A DNA stretch of 38,850 bases from Nemertoderma westbladi. Its lineage: Eukaryota; Animalia; Xenacoelomorpha. The stretch spans positions 1 through 38,850 of the forward strand of contig JAUCBJ010001523.1 of NCBI GenBank assembly GCA_032718475.1, given 5' to 3'. The notes below the pieces were generated by a model, which saw nothing but the letters and a program-made list of their open reading frames with translations, was not told where the DNA came from and made no database searches. The stretch's first letter is position 1; each line of letters begins with the position of its first letter. Position numbers and translations under genes: made by a program. Below, one piece after another: positions 11,306 to 23,545 of this stretch.

Positions 11306-12850
11306 CATTTTTGCACCTATCCAATTAAGCTCAGAAGCTCCCTTATCTCTGCATCTTGCAGACATAATAAGAGACATTATATAAGGATATTTAATTTAAT
11401 TTATTTAATTTAATATATGAGTAATGAGGGAGATACGCAATACGTATCCCATTGCGCCTCATAATAGCCTCTCGTCTACAAGTCAACCCCTCGACTAGCG
11501 GCACTGGCTGTTTCAGCTGACGGCGTGACGGGGCTCTGTCGAAAAACGCGTCCCTGATGCAGTAAGGGCCCTCTTTTGAGGAGCAATATTATTATTGTCG
11601 CGGAACTGCTTCTACTCTCTGTGAGAAATGAGAAATATTTAATTTATTTAAGGAGTATCAGAGTATGCAGATTTTGGAATGAAATTGTATACCTAAATAA
11701 GAAACCCATGTCAGCATGTCAAAAAGTTCTTATTTAAGGACTTTTAGTATTTATGTGTACAATTTCGATATCTTAAATAAGGTAAATTTAAAAAATCCCT
11801 CTTATTTAGGAACTGGTCGTATTTTAGATGCCATTTTAAAACGCTTGTAGAAAAAAAACCGGACGGTGAAATGTTTTCTGGTTTTTTGCATTATGTTCAA
11901 GAAAGAACCAACTTTTATATTGTGTAATAAAATTATGCGGTATTTTTTACTGAAATAAGTTCTTGCATATTATGTCGAAAAAATATCCAAAAAAGGCCCA
12001 AAAACCCCTAAATAAGAGCCATTTTCCTTAAATAAGAACCCACTTTTGGAGCTTATTTAAGGGTATGTTCCCTACTGTAATGATCTAATGCAAATAAGTC
12101 ATACACTCAGAGTAGTTGCGATTAGTTACTCACCATCACCAATGATCAATGAACTATAATTTGCAAATTAATAGCTAATTCGGTGTAATGTATTATTTAT
12201 TATTATTATTATGGTAGTTAGGACTGTAGGATCTATAAGTTCGCTCCCCTTCAAGCGTGATAATATTTACAGTAAGGTCTGCTGGCCTATGGCAGTATGG
12301 GGATGACGTTTTTACATTAACACAGCTATGGTACAGCAATATACTGATATATACAGATATGTGCAAGGTGGAATCTAAGTTCGTATGTCTGTATGTTGAG
12401 GATCGAAGTTCATATGGGAAGGATCTAAGTTATGGCAGCATGGGAAGTATCTAAGTTCGCTTGGCTACCTGGGAAGGATCTAAGTTCGAATGGGAAGGAT
12501 CTAAGTTCACCCAAGATCTAAGTTCGTTCAGGGTCTAAGGTGCTCTAGGATCTAAAGCGGTTACTTATGCAGTAGACAGGTAGATGTGTGGCACAAAGTC
12601 GGCATTCAATAAAACAAAAGGCACTGGTAATGAATGACCACCTCTGGCTAGGGCTCAACAGAAGCTTCGGCTTCGGTTCGGTTCGGGCCGAAGTTTGGCA
12701 ATTTCGGTTCGGTTCGGCTTCTGCAATTGATACTGCAGAAGCCAGGAGCGAACTTTGCTAATTATTCCAAGTATTACATTGACTGATTGAGCTAAGACCA
12801 GAAGACAGTAAGACTAATCAATCTGTCCATCGTTGTACTAATTAATTTTG

Positions 12851-14367
12851 GGGTGCAAACGTTAAGCAGACACTGGTGCAGAGCAGACAGTAGGTACAGA
12901 CAGTGGTGCAGACAGTGGTGCAGACAGTGATGCAGACAGTGGTGCAGACACCTGGTGCAACAGTGGTGCAGTCGTGCAGCCACTGGTGCAGACAGTGGTG
13001 CAGACAGTTGTGCAGGCTTTGGTACAGACAGTGGTGCAGACAGTGGTGCAGACACTGGTGCAGACAGTGTTGCAGACAGTGGTGCAGACACCTGGTGCAG
13101 ACAGTGGTGCAGACACTGGTGCAGACAGTGGTGTAGACAGTGGTGCAGACACTGGTGCAGACAGTGGTTCAGACACTGGTGCAGACACGTGGTGCAGACA
13201 GTGGTGCAGCCAGTGGTGCAGACAGTGGTGCAGATACTGGTGCAGACACTGGTGCAGACAGTAAAGGCTGAAAGGGGCGAGCAGGTTGCAGGTTAGTAAA
13301 GGAGCAATTTAGTAAAGGAGCAGGTTTCAGAGGAGTATTGGGGGAACCAAAACAATAAACGTTATTGTTTTGGAGGCTAAGAATACCCAAGGGCCAAGAA
13401 TACTCGCAGGCTAAGAATACTCGCGGACTAACAATTCCTGAGACCTTACTGTAGTTAGTCTGCACTGTCTGCACCACTGTCTGACTGTCTGCACCAGTGT
13501 CTGCACCAGTGTCTGCACCACTGTCTGCACCAGTGTCTGAACCACTTTCTGCACCAGTCTGCACCACTGTCTGCATCACTGTCTGCACCACTGTCTGCAC
13601 CAGTGTCTGCACCACTGTCTGCACCAGTGTCTGCACCACTTTCTGCACCAGTCTGCACCACTGTCTGCACCAGTGTCTGCCGCACCACTGTCTGCACCAC
13701 TGTCTGCACCAGTGTCTGCCGCACCACTGTCTGCACCACTGTCTGCACCACTGTCTGCACCAGTGTCTGCACCACTGTCTGCACCAGTGTCTGAACCACT
13801 GTCTGCACGCACGCTGCACCACTGTCTGACTGTCTGCATCACTGTCTGCACCACTGTCTGCTGTCTGCACCACTGTCTCCACCACTGTCTGCACCAGTGT
13901 CTGCACCAGTGCCTGCACCACTGTCTGCACGCTGCACCACTGTCTGCACCACATTCTGCACCACTGTCCGCACCAGGTGTCTGCACCACTGTCTGCACTG
14001 CACCCAGTGCCGGATTAACCTTAAGGCATATAAGGCACGTGCCTTAGGGCCAGCCGAAAATCCGGGCCATTTTTTTTTTGCAAGTCATTCCTGTAAAAAA
14101 AGTATTTTTATCTGAAAAGTCCGGAAACAGAGCAAGAAAGTGCATCTTTCGACTACTTTCTATCCCTAAATTTGTGATAGAAAGTGCAAAATTCTAGCTC
14201 AGTCGACCGTCAGGTGCTGTGTTATTAGTTCGAGACCTGATGGCGGGGAAATAATAAAACATGGGCAGTAAAACTTTAAAGTGCTAATTATGAACAATGG
14301 AGAATTTAATTTTATCTATTTGTGCAGTCTGCACCACTGCAGCACTGTCTGCTTAACGTTTACACCC
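12851..14367. mobile_element. MULE-type foldback element with 12-bp repeat arms, 9-bp TSD TTAATTTTG
   Basis: GGGTGCAAACGTTAAGCAGAC / GTCTGCTTAACGTTTACACCC termini. Arms of (CAGACASTGGTG)n at 12866-13262 and the inverse at 13457-14000. TSD at 12842-12850 and 14368-14376. Confidence 0.88.
14005..14070. mobile_element. Single end of a hAT-like element inserted in the foldback arm
   Basis: CAGTGCCGGATTAACC...TAAGGCACGTGCCTTAGGGCC resembles common animal hAT ends. No partner end found, so extent is uncertain. Confidence 0.45.
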
Positions 14368-15879
14368 TTAATTTTGGACTGAACTTCCATTTAAATGGCA
14401 TTATTTTTTAAATTGTTTTCAGTTTACTTGGGTAGTTTTAAAATTAGCTTAATTATACAGTAGTTTAGGTTAGGCTAAATAGGCCTATTGCCATTTTACT
14501 TTGTAGTACCTATTTTTTAATTAATCATAACTTTGATACATAATACCAAATACAGAAATATACCTACTACCTCATACTGTCATAAATAGTACTACCTGTA
14601 CTTTTAGTGAGGTTTTCTAAATTTGATGTCACTACTGTACGGCTTACTACGGATGAAAATGTGGTGCATACAGTAGCAGTAAGTATACAGTAGTTTAGGT
14701 TAGTAATGCTGTACACTGTACAGTAATGTAAATATTGTCATTTTATTTTGTAGTACTTATTTTTTTAATTAATCATAGCTTTCTTGCTAAGTCCGCAGAC
14801 CAAATAGGTACCAGTCTGCCACTGCCAGTCAGCCAGTATAGTGACGTAAAGACGAATTTATGACCATAACTTGCTAACTTTCTGAACTTCGGTTCGGATT
14901 CGGTTCGGTTCGGCCCGAAGTTGGCCCTGCTTCGGTTCGGTTCGGTTCGGCACCATAAAGTGCCTTCTGTTGAACCCTACCTCTGGCTGTCTGGAAGTAC
15001 TAACACTAACACAACAACTGGAACTAAAGTCTTCTTCAAGCTAAGCAGGTGATGGATGGTGATAACGAATTCTTAAAAAAAAGGTCAGAACAGAATGTAT
15101 AGTTATACACAAACAGACAAACTGAGACAAACTATTGAAATTGATAATGTGATCAAATCTTACATTGTTGTATGGCCCAGCGCAGGGCGTTTCTTAGGTA
15201 GTTAAGAAGATATCATATCAAGGTTAACATTAAGGTATTCGGATATTGGATAGTACAAGTACCGTACCTACTGTACGTACACCATATACTACACACACAA
15301 GCACATGCAACTCACTAGAATGTATAATGTCACATCACAGCTGTCACAGCATGACACTGATACTACATTTACAACAAAAGTTCGGCAAATATACCAATAT
15401 ACAGATATATGCCTGCAAGCTGCAACTCAGCAACTACAACCACTCTCTCTGCCAGTCTGCAGCTGCTCTTCCTCTATCAGAATAAAAAATGCCAAAAACG
15501 GCAGGTCAAAAACTTCCAATTTTGGAACTAGAGGTTACAGTATCAAAATTTTAATCATAAAAAACCAAAAGCATGGTGAATTTTTTTTTATCTCGGTCAA
15601 AAGTTTCTAAATGCATCAAAATATAATTTTTTGCAAAATTTAGTTAACCCCAGCCAATATTGGCTGACCCTGGACAGAAAATATATCAAAAATTCCAATT
15701 TTGGCATGAAAACTTCCAATTTTGAAAAATGCCAATTTTGGCATAGATCAGTGACTGACTGACAGATGGAATAAAAAGAAAATTTTATAGTCTGATAGTT
15801 GGGATGAGTACTACACCACTAGGGTAAAGCACTATTTCAGGTGCTTAGTCTAGTGGTGTTTTTTTCTTAAAAACCAGCT

Positions 15880-16912
15880 GTATCAAGTCACCCCACATAA
15901 CGGGGTGACTTGATACACAAGCAAATTTTCCGCAATAATATCACTTTGTGAATGAGTTTGGATCATGTTGTAGGCTGTGGTGGTGACTTGATACATCTTG
16001 GAAATTTTAAAAAAAGAACGAAGTCCCCACCTAACGGGGATATAGAATCATGGCTAAAATTAAAAATAACTCCATTTTTTATGGCAAAATATTTCATATT
16101 TAACAAGTTAAATTGCACTTTAAAAACGAAAAAGACCTTCATTGCATAGTGACATCCTGACAGCCTGACACCAGTAAGTAAGACAATACATTTTAGAAAA
16201 AAAAACTGGAAACTAAAACATTGAATTTAAGCACAAATTTTGCAAATTTAAGGTTTAAGTAAAGAAGAAATATTTTAGAAAATTCAACATATAACAATAT
16301 TTAACAAGTTAAATTGAAGTTTAAAAACGAAAACGACTTTCATTGCATTGTGAAATCCTGACACCAGTAAATAAGACAAAACATTTTAGAAAAAACTGCA
16401 AACTAAATCAATGAATTTAAGCACAAATTTTGCAAAATCAACGTTTAAGTCACAGGAAGTCACAGGTATCAGAACATTTTCGCCTATAGCTATAATATAC
16501 CATATATATGTATCAAGTCACCCCATTTTGAGACACACTTTCAAAAAACGGGCACCCCCAATTCATATGAAAATTTGTAAATTTTTTTTAGGATCATAAT
16601 ATTCAAACTCATCTATTAGCATCTGCAAAAATTATTTTTGAACAACATTAACCCAAAGTGTCAAAAATTCGACCTATATTTTGACATTGAAAAAAAGTGA
16701 ATTTTTGAGAAATGCATTTTTGGCTCTAGTGATCACAAATGCGAAGCAATGACAAAATTTATTTGACTATTTGATAAACAATTTATTCAGACATCTTCTG
16801 ATATTTCAATTTTTATCATAACATCACGCAATCACCCACAATCCGTTAAAGAAAAAAAGCATAACCTGCAGTATCAAGTCACCTCAATGTATCAAGTCAC
16901 CCCGAATTACGG
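15880..16912. mobile_element. Truncated Tc1/pogo-like non-autonomous element (right end only), with an internal ~200-bp duplication
   Basis: Repeated GTATCAAGTCACCCC motifs in both orientations; right end CCCGAATTACGG|TA; 16096-16250 is duplicated at 16297-16440. Confidence 0.6.
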
Positions 16913-16934
16913 TAACTGTATAGGCCTAACCTGG

Positions 16935-17506
16935 CAGTCGGGGAGAAGTTCAAATTTCAACTGAGTTGAAATTTAAAACTTATTTTTTTAATTCAACTTT
17001 CTGACTTTTAAGTTGTAAATTCAACTCTAAAATGGCAGGAGGCGCAGAAGGGCCCCAAGCAGCCAAGACGTCACAGAAGGGGTGTTTTTATTGTTTTTAA
17101 TGATATAACTCGAAAAATTAAGCCTCATTCTGTCATTGAGTCATTCATTACTGATGGAATAAAAACTTTCACCGTCGGGAATATTTTTTTTTAAAACATT
17201 TTAAGTGAATTACATTTGCAAATTACCTGAAATACTACCTATGGGAATTTATTAGATGTATGAAATTACCACTGTCAGACTGTCTGACTGTAGGCCTATG
17301 TCATAATTATTATACAATGGAATACCGGTACCAGTAATGGATTCAAATTCCATATTTTATTATTTCCAAAGCTACTCCAAAAGTTGAATTTAAAAAAAAG
17401 TACAGCACTAGGCCTACTCCAAAAGTTGAATTTTTATAAAAAGTTGAATTTTAAAAAATAAAGTTGAAATTTCAACTCAGTTGAAAATAGAACTTCTCCC
17501 CGACTG
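16935..17506. mobile_element. MITE D, CAGT termini, 5-bp TSD CCTGG
   Basis: CAGTCGGGGAGAAGTTC..TTTCAACTGAGTTGAAATTT / AAATTTCAACTCAGTTGAAA..GAACTTCTCCCCGACTG. CCTGG at 16930-16934 and 17507-17511. 14 of the 15 terminal bases are shared with element A. Confidence 0.9.
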
Positions 17507-18616
17507 CCTGGCCCTACCCGTTAACATTTCAGGATCTAAGGAATGATGACCATAGACTGATAGACTTAATGATGCAGAACATTAGGCCTATAGGCCTACT
17601 GCTGTAGGCCTACTGTTATATAACTGTATAGGCCTAAGCCATATTCAATGAGTTAGTTTAGTTAAGTTGCCAAATTCAGAAATTGCAAATATGGCACATA
17701 ACCAGTCTGTCTGACAGAGTAAAATTAGTATGTCGCACAGAACAGCAGAACAAAAAGCGGGATAGATAATTCCACAAATTGGGCGATATCCCAATTGTCT
17801 TACGGTCAGACGGTATATATAGGCCTCTGCCCTAGGCCTAATCGGCGGATCGGTTTGCATACCCAGATACCAGTCAGCCAGTAGTTTTGCTGACTCTACC
17901 GCAATAAAGAAGGCTTTTGAATAATTAATACTGTAACAGTGTAATACCTGAATACAGTAACAGTAATATCAGAATATGCCTTTTATAGTCTTCCGGCAGT
18001 ACAAACACCACTGTCTGACTGTAACTTGCGATCACTTATAATTTAATTGTTATTTTTTTTGTTAAGTTTCGTTGGTCAGACACAAGCTAAAATTAAAAGT
18101 GTCATTTACTGCGTACTGGTCTGCCGGTACGCTAACCCTACAGCCCTAACAGCTAAATTTATTAGATTAAGCAGTTAAGACTTGTGACAAACTATTAGAT
18201 GATGGCTACAGGCTACCCAGCTACCGGTAGCAAACATATAGTCCATAGTCAGACAGTATAGCGGAAATTACCGGCAGACCGGTATTGATATAGGCCTACA
18301 GATATAGGGCCTAGGCATAATAAGAAAAAAAAGGCCTTATTAGGGCCTACACACTCAGTAAAATAATGATAAAATGATGGTGGGAGAAACCATCAACAGA
18401 TCAAGGCATAGGCAGCCTATACCTGTATACTATAGGCCTAACAGTATTAAGCACTTATTCTGATGGCCAAAAGCATAATACTGTAATAGCCTACTGTAAT
18501 ATGGAAGTTTGGTGATGACGTTGTATATTGTAATTAACGGGTGAGGGCTGGGGGTCAATTCGGGAATTACTATTAGTACGTTTGAACGACACTAGCCAAA
18601 CAAGCGAGAATTGGTA

Positions 18617-19825
18617 CAGTCCATGTGAAAAATGTGTAAATCTGATAGGTGAAAAATATGTAACTCTTGAAATGTTGTGTGAAAAATATGTAAGTGACTG
18701 GATATATTTTGGCAAGGGACATGTCACATTTGCTAGAACATTTTTTAATTGATGCTTCTCCTAATCGACTTTCGTAAACCATTCGACTTTAAACAATGTA
18801 AATTTATTTTCTTTTTTGTAGCTTTACATTTTTTAATCTCTACAATAATACTGTACTACAATATAGCCTACTATACATTACCTGCTGACCATAAGAGGTG
18901 CTTGGGAATACATAGTTCCTTGTTGGATTCTTTGGTAGGATTGACAACTGGCGATGGTCGTTGGCTTTCATAACTTTTAAGATTCAACAAACATTAAATT
19001 CATCTTCGTTAAACACATACTGTAGACTCAAAAAACAGTTCCGACCAACAGCAACAAGAGCGAGTATCTGCGGCTCAAATTGATCCAATAGGCGGATATA
19101 AATATCTTCATCTTTTATTTCATTTACATCACCACAAATTAACAACTTACAAACTTACAACAAACAAACTTACAGGTAAACGGATTGCGTGGAAGTTGAC
19201 ATAGGCCCTACAACATAAATTAATTCGTACCCAACACCACCAAAAATGGTATTACTGTATGGAGAGAGGAAAGATGACCTTGAAAACGTTCCTTTCGAGA
19301 AATAACTGCGGAGAAACTTATATAAACTGATAAATACAATGATAGTAGTGTGGGCGTTTCGAATCTAACAATATTCCCATCAACAGCGAGCTTCTTAGAA
19401 TCAACATGCAAAATTCGGCCTTGTAAGGATATCACACCATCTGCAAAAATATGGAAATTTAAAAATTATTATAGAGTACATGTATCAAGTTAGGTTCCAT
19501 TTCATCAAAGATTGACGGGTGCACTAACTACACATTAAGGCTCAACTGGACTTACATGGCTATCGATCGCCCCACATGTCTAACGTAGCATTCATCATAC
19601 ATATATATAAGCACTAAAGCAAAGTAATACAAACTAGGGTAGAATGTTACTCATTAATAAATTAATGGGCAACAAAATGGCATAAACTATTTTCAAAGAA
19701 AATCAAGAATTACGATTATTGCATCATGTTCTATGTTTACAACACCATCACATACAACACCATGCTTACATATTTTTCACCTCTTACCTATTTTTCACAG
19801 ATTTACGCATTTTGCACATGGACTG
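18617..19825. mobile_element. Tc1/mariner-type element, TA TSD
   Basis: TA|CAGTCCATGTG.AAAATG.GTAAATCTG / CAGATTTACGCATTTTGCACATGGACTG|TA, with GTGAAAAATATGTAA subterminal repeats. Interior is degenerate. Confidence 0.75.
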
Positions 19826-20644
19826 TACGTACCTCTGCAGAAACAAGCCTAAAATCAGATAATTATAGAATTAATGGTACTGGCTGACTAGTATAGCAGT
19901 ATTGTGCGCCACCTTGAGGATTGGGCGGGTATTATTTATTAAGTTCTTTGAAGGGAATGTATTATTATTTTAATGTAATCTATATTACAAGCTAATAACG
20001 CTGCTCCTCAGCGTTTAAAAAAACTTACAAATATTTGCTAAGGATTTTGTAGGGATTTAATGGTTTGTTGAAATTCAAAGAGGCATTTTGAGTTTAGAAA
20101 AACATATAAATACTTGCAATAGATTTTGTATAGATTTGATGGTTAGTTTAAATTCAAAACGTCACATTTTGAGTTTAGAAAAACATATAAATACTTGTAA
20201 TGCATTTTGTAAGTATTTAAAAGTTTGTTCATCAGGTTTCTTTGTAGTAAAACATATAAATACTTGCAAAATACTGTAATACCGTATTTTGAAAATGTTA
20301 TGTTGTACAAAGGAATGTACAGTTAGCTGTTTGGTTCAAGCAGTGAAGTGTATATTTCTGCCAGCCTCACCTCTCAGCCTCCAGGTGGGTATTAATTATT
20401 ATTATTTGCTTTATCTGATTTGGATTATTTGCTAATTTATTACATCTAAACAATAATTTTACGTTTTTATATTTAATAAAACATCAATGTTTGCTTGTAT
20501 GCGCTCAATAATTACGATATTTTCCAACTCAAGTATTTCATTACTACAATAAAAATAAAATGTAAACGCGCAGAATCCATTAAATTACGTTATAAAAAAA
20601 AACTATACATATATATACACTATACATACATATATAATAGCATA

Positions 20645-21489
20645 GGATAGATCTTTTTACAGAACACAAGCGAACACAGTAGAACACACCCGAACACACT
20701 CCAAAAACTGCCGAACACAATCGAACACAGTCGAATATAGAAAGAGCACAAACAAATAACACCGGGTACCACCTTTTAGATAAAATTAGCCACGCATTGC
20801 TTTTCTATAAGAAAATTCCCGAAATTATTGAATAAAATTGTCGCGAAATTAAATATTAATTTATTTTCAGATCAGGCCTAGCCTAAGCCGACAACTAATA
20901 ATTTAACATAGTAGTAGGCCTAAGTTATGTGTGGTTAGCACCGGAACAGAGATCCCTGCCGGTACCTGCCAGGGTAGGTACCTAACCGGAACCCAGTTCT
21001 TTATATTCCAGTGCAGCAGTAGGCAGGTAGGTACCGGTACCGGTGCCTATGTTGTACCGACGTGTTGTACCATACGTCATGTACAGTAAGTACGGTAACG
21101 GGATATCTTCCTAATTCATATCCTCAGCAATCAGTCCCAGACGAAGCTATTCCAGTACACAGGCAAACAGGCCTATTAGCTAACCCAATATTACTATATG
21201 TACCAGTACGGTACCCGATAAGTTGTTATACAGTACAGCAGTACACAACAAATGATAGGCCTACCTTATAAGAAATTAATATATAATTTCGCGACAATTT
21301 TATTCAATAATTTCGAGAATTTTCTTATAGAAAAGCAACGCATGGCTAATTTTATCTAAAAATTTGTACCCGGTGTAATTTTTTGTGCTCTTTCTATTTT
21401 CGACTGTGTTCGATTGTGTTCGGCAGTTTTTGGAGTGTGTTTGTGTGTGTTTAGGTGTGTTCGCTTGTGTTCGGTAAAAATAACTATCC
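20645..21489. mobile_element. MULE-type MITE with ~215-bp TIRs, 9-bp TSD (A/T)ATAGCATA
   Basis: 20645-20860 is the inverse of 21273-21489 (GAACAC repeats). Flanks are AATAGCATA (20636-20644) and TATAGCATA (21490-21498). Confidence 0.85.
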
Positions 21490-21748
21490 TATAGCATAAA
21501 GACAATTAAATTGTTATAGAAAAAAAAATGGTGCATATTTTGAAAAACACATAAATATTAAATTTAGAAATGGTGATCACATCAAGTTGTTCAAGAAAAA
21601 ATCATGGATTTTTCGAAAAAAAAACATAAAAATTCAAATTTAGAAGTGTTGATAAGGAAGGTTAATATTATTTGAAGAATTTCATAAAACTATAGGAGAA
21701 CATTCAAAGGATTTCAAGATTTAAATATATTCATTAAATAAAATATCG

Positions 21749-21911
21749 AGGGGCAATTGTGCAGGGGGGAAATATTTCCGGGGGGCAATAGTCCGGGGGG
21801 CAACTGTCCTCGGGTCGCAATTGTCATCGAGGGGCAATTTTGCGGGAGGCAATTGTCCGTGGGGCAATTGTCTTAGGGGCAATTGTCCGGGGGCAATTGT
21901 CCCAGTTCTCC
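21749..21911. repeat. GGGGCAATTGTCC repeat cluster, probably one arm of a foldback transposon
   Basis: About 8-9 degenerate copies; no inverted partner arm found in the window. Confidence 0.65.
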
Positions 21912-22854
21912 CAAGAAGTTACTTAACTTTATGACTCGTCCCAGTCGTGTTTACTAATTTAATCCAATCAAATCGTTGGCTGTTTGGAACCACAGAAAAA
22001 TATACAAATAGTTTACAAAACATACAAAATTTCCTAAATTACAGTATAATGCTTACACTGACAAAGCACAGATCTCTATTAAACATTTTAGCCAATCAAA
22101 TTAGATGTGTGGCACCACAGTTAAATATAAACTATTTAAGGGTTGCTTGCAAAATCTACTAAGTAAACGTGGAAAATATACAAAATTTTAAAAATAACAC
22201 ATCAGCAACATATATCAAACATACATATAAACGCCAGGCACGTTTTTATGTTTATTTCTAAGCATTTGATAAATGATTGATAAGCATTTGTGTGTTTCTC
22301 CATGTTCTGTGACACGGGCAGCCAGCCAGCTGTCGGACTGACTGACCCTGTCTCGCCTGTGTCTGCCTGTACGATTAACTTTTTGGTGGAAACTTTTGAA
22401 TTTGAATATTGGTACAGACAGACAGATACGCAGGTCAGATCACCGCAATTGGCAGATCAGATTCGTAAAGACCTGACACATACGATTTTCTATACATTTT
22501 GTTTACACAGTACGGTACAGCTGTAACCTGACTGCCTGATAGTATAGTAGCAGGTGAGGTACCATACTGTAGGGCCTAACGCACAAAGGAACTAATGAGG
22601 GACAAAGCTACAGAGAATAGCCATAAGACTATAGAACGAACCTGGGGTGGTAGCCATGAAATAAATTGTAGTTCAGCCAACCACAGAACAGTATGAAGAA
22701 ATATATTGTACAGTATGTCGCCTACCGCAGAAATTACCGGTTATACGACAGCAACTGCAGAACTGCACATTCAGACAATCTGACAGTGCAACAAACAGTG
22801 AGGACAGACAGATCTGGGGTCTGTTTAAAGAGCGGACAGTTTACAGTGGCACAA

Positions 22855-22956
22855 CCTAAACGGAGCCGCCTCCGCTTTGCAGGACATTGCTTTCGCCGTG
22901 AGGACCAGCCAGTGCATAATCTTGTACTTTGGCAGCCTCATGGAGTGAATAAGCAT
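22855..22956 (+). pseudogene. RTE-clade LINE fragment, cut off at the BEL/Pao junction
   Basis: RSRLRFAGHCFRREDQPVHNLVLWQPHG; same family as 6040-6290. Ends at GAATAAGCAT, followed by a TA-rich junction. Confidence 0.75.
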
Positions 22957-23545
22957 TATATATACATATATATATCCCAATAAGTGCCGTTACGTAACCA
23001 ATTACACTGTGGGTAAATCAGTTAGATGTCGCCGAAAGACAGACCTCCCGAACCCCCCCGCCTTCCAGCAGTTCAGGTTCGACTCTCTAGATCCCGTCTC
23101 TTCCTAACTAACTATCCTCTAACCTATCCCCATGCATAGCGCAAAAACTTTGGAGATAAACTGGCCGTGACCAACTCACTTTTTGATGCCCAAACTACTC
23201 CCATTACTCGTACTAAACTACAGTAGTTAGAAAGGACCATAGCCACAATACTCGACTATACCAAACCCACAGGTTTGATAATCGAACATCACACATCCTG
23301 CAAACTACTGAGTGGGGTCCATGTACGCCTCTGGTGCTACTAACCTTTAGCACCTTAGTTGCACTGTTGGCACCAATCTGTGGAAGTTGCTAAACTCAAT
23401 TTACACTCCTACGTAATATAGCCGTCACCATGGTTTCTAAATGCTATTTTCCAGGCTTCACGACTTTTCAAATTACTGTTTATCTATAGACGAATTCTAA
23501 AACGCGTCTATATACAGCGTCTGGAATTGTCTTGGGTTCACTTTT

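Larger units (their letters stand above)
7927..12077. mobile_element. DNA transposon C, ~430-bp TIRs, CAGT termini, 5-bp TSD TAATG
   Basis: 7927-~8355 is the reverse complement of ~11635-12077 (CAGTAGGGAACATACCCTTAAATAAG...). TAATG at 7922-7926 and 12078-12082. Confidence 0.9.
7554..12565. mobile_element. Older foldback-type element with arms of GAACTTAGATCC repeats
   Basis: GAACTTAGATCC(T) repeats at ~7560-7830 and the inverted AGGATCTAAGTTC repeats at ~12225-12560. Termini approximate; no clear TSD. Confidence 0.6.
12649..14979. mobile_element. Non-autonomous hAT element, 8-bp TSD CCTCTGGC
   Basis: TAGGGCTCAACAGAAG / CTTCTGTTGAACCCTA termini, with (TTCGG)n subterminal repeats at both ends. 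CCTCTGGC at 12641-12648 and 14980-14987. Confidence 0.9.
7358..15757. mobile_element. DNA transposon B, CAGT termini, 5-bp TSD ACTGA; expanded to 8.4 kb by nested insertions
   Basis: CAGTCAGTGATCTATGCCAAAATTGGCA.TTTTCAAAAAT.GAAGTTTT / AAAACTTCCAATTTTGAAAAATGCCAATTTTGGCATAGATCAGTGACTG. ACTGA at 7353-7357 and 15758-15762. Confidence 0.85.

Noticed and set aside
9246-11413. Leu/Cys/Val-rich ORFs resembling membrane or Cys-rich proteins
   Set aside because: They are translations of a 10-bp minisatellite that is open in all three frames.
13259-13452. Small CAGT-ended MITE at the centre of the foldback
   Set aside because: Only ~8 bp of imperfect inverted match and no TSD.
12792-14115. Many overlapping ORFs (WCRQ, SAPL, VQTV repeats)
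   Set aside because: Artefacts of the 12-bp foldback repeat arms.
18880-18975. Mariner transposase relic (SLL..TTGDGRWL resembling TGDEKW)
   Set aside because: A single weak motif with no further DDE motifs found; not enough to call.
22957-23545. env-like third ORF after pol
   Set aside because: No ORF of meaningful length; ORF0 also lacks a signal peptide or transmembrane segment.
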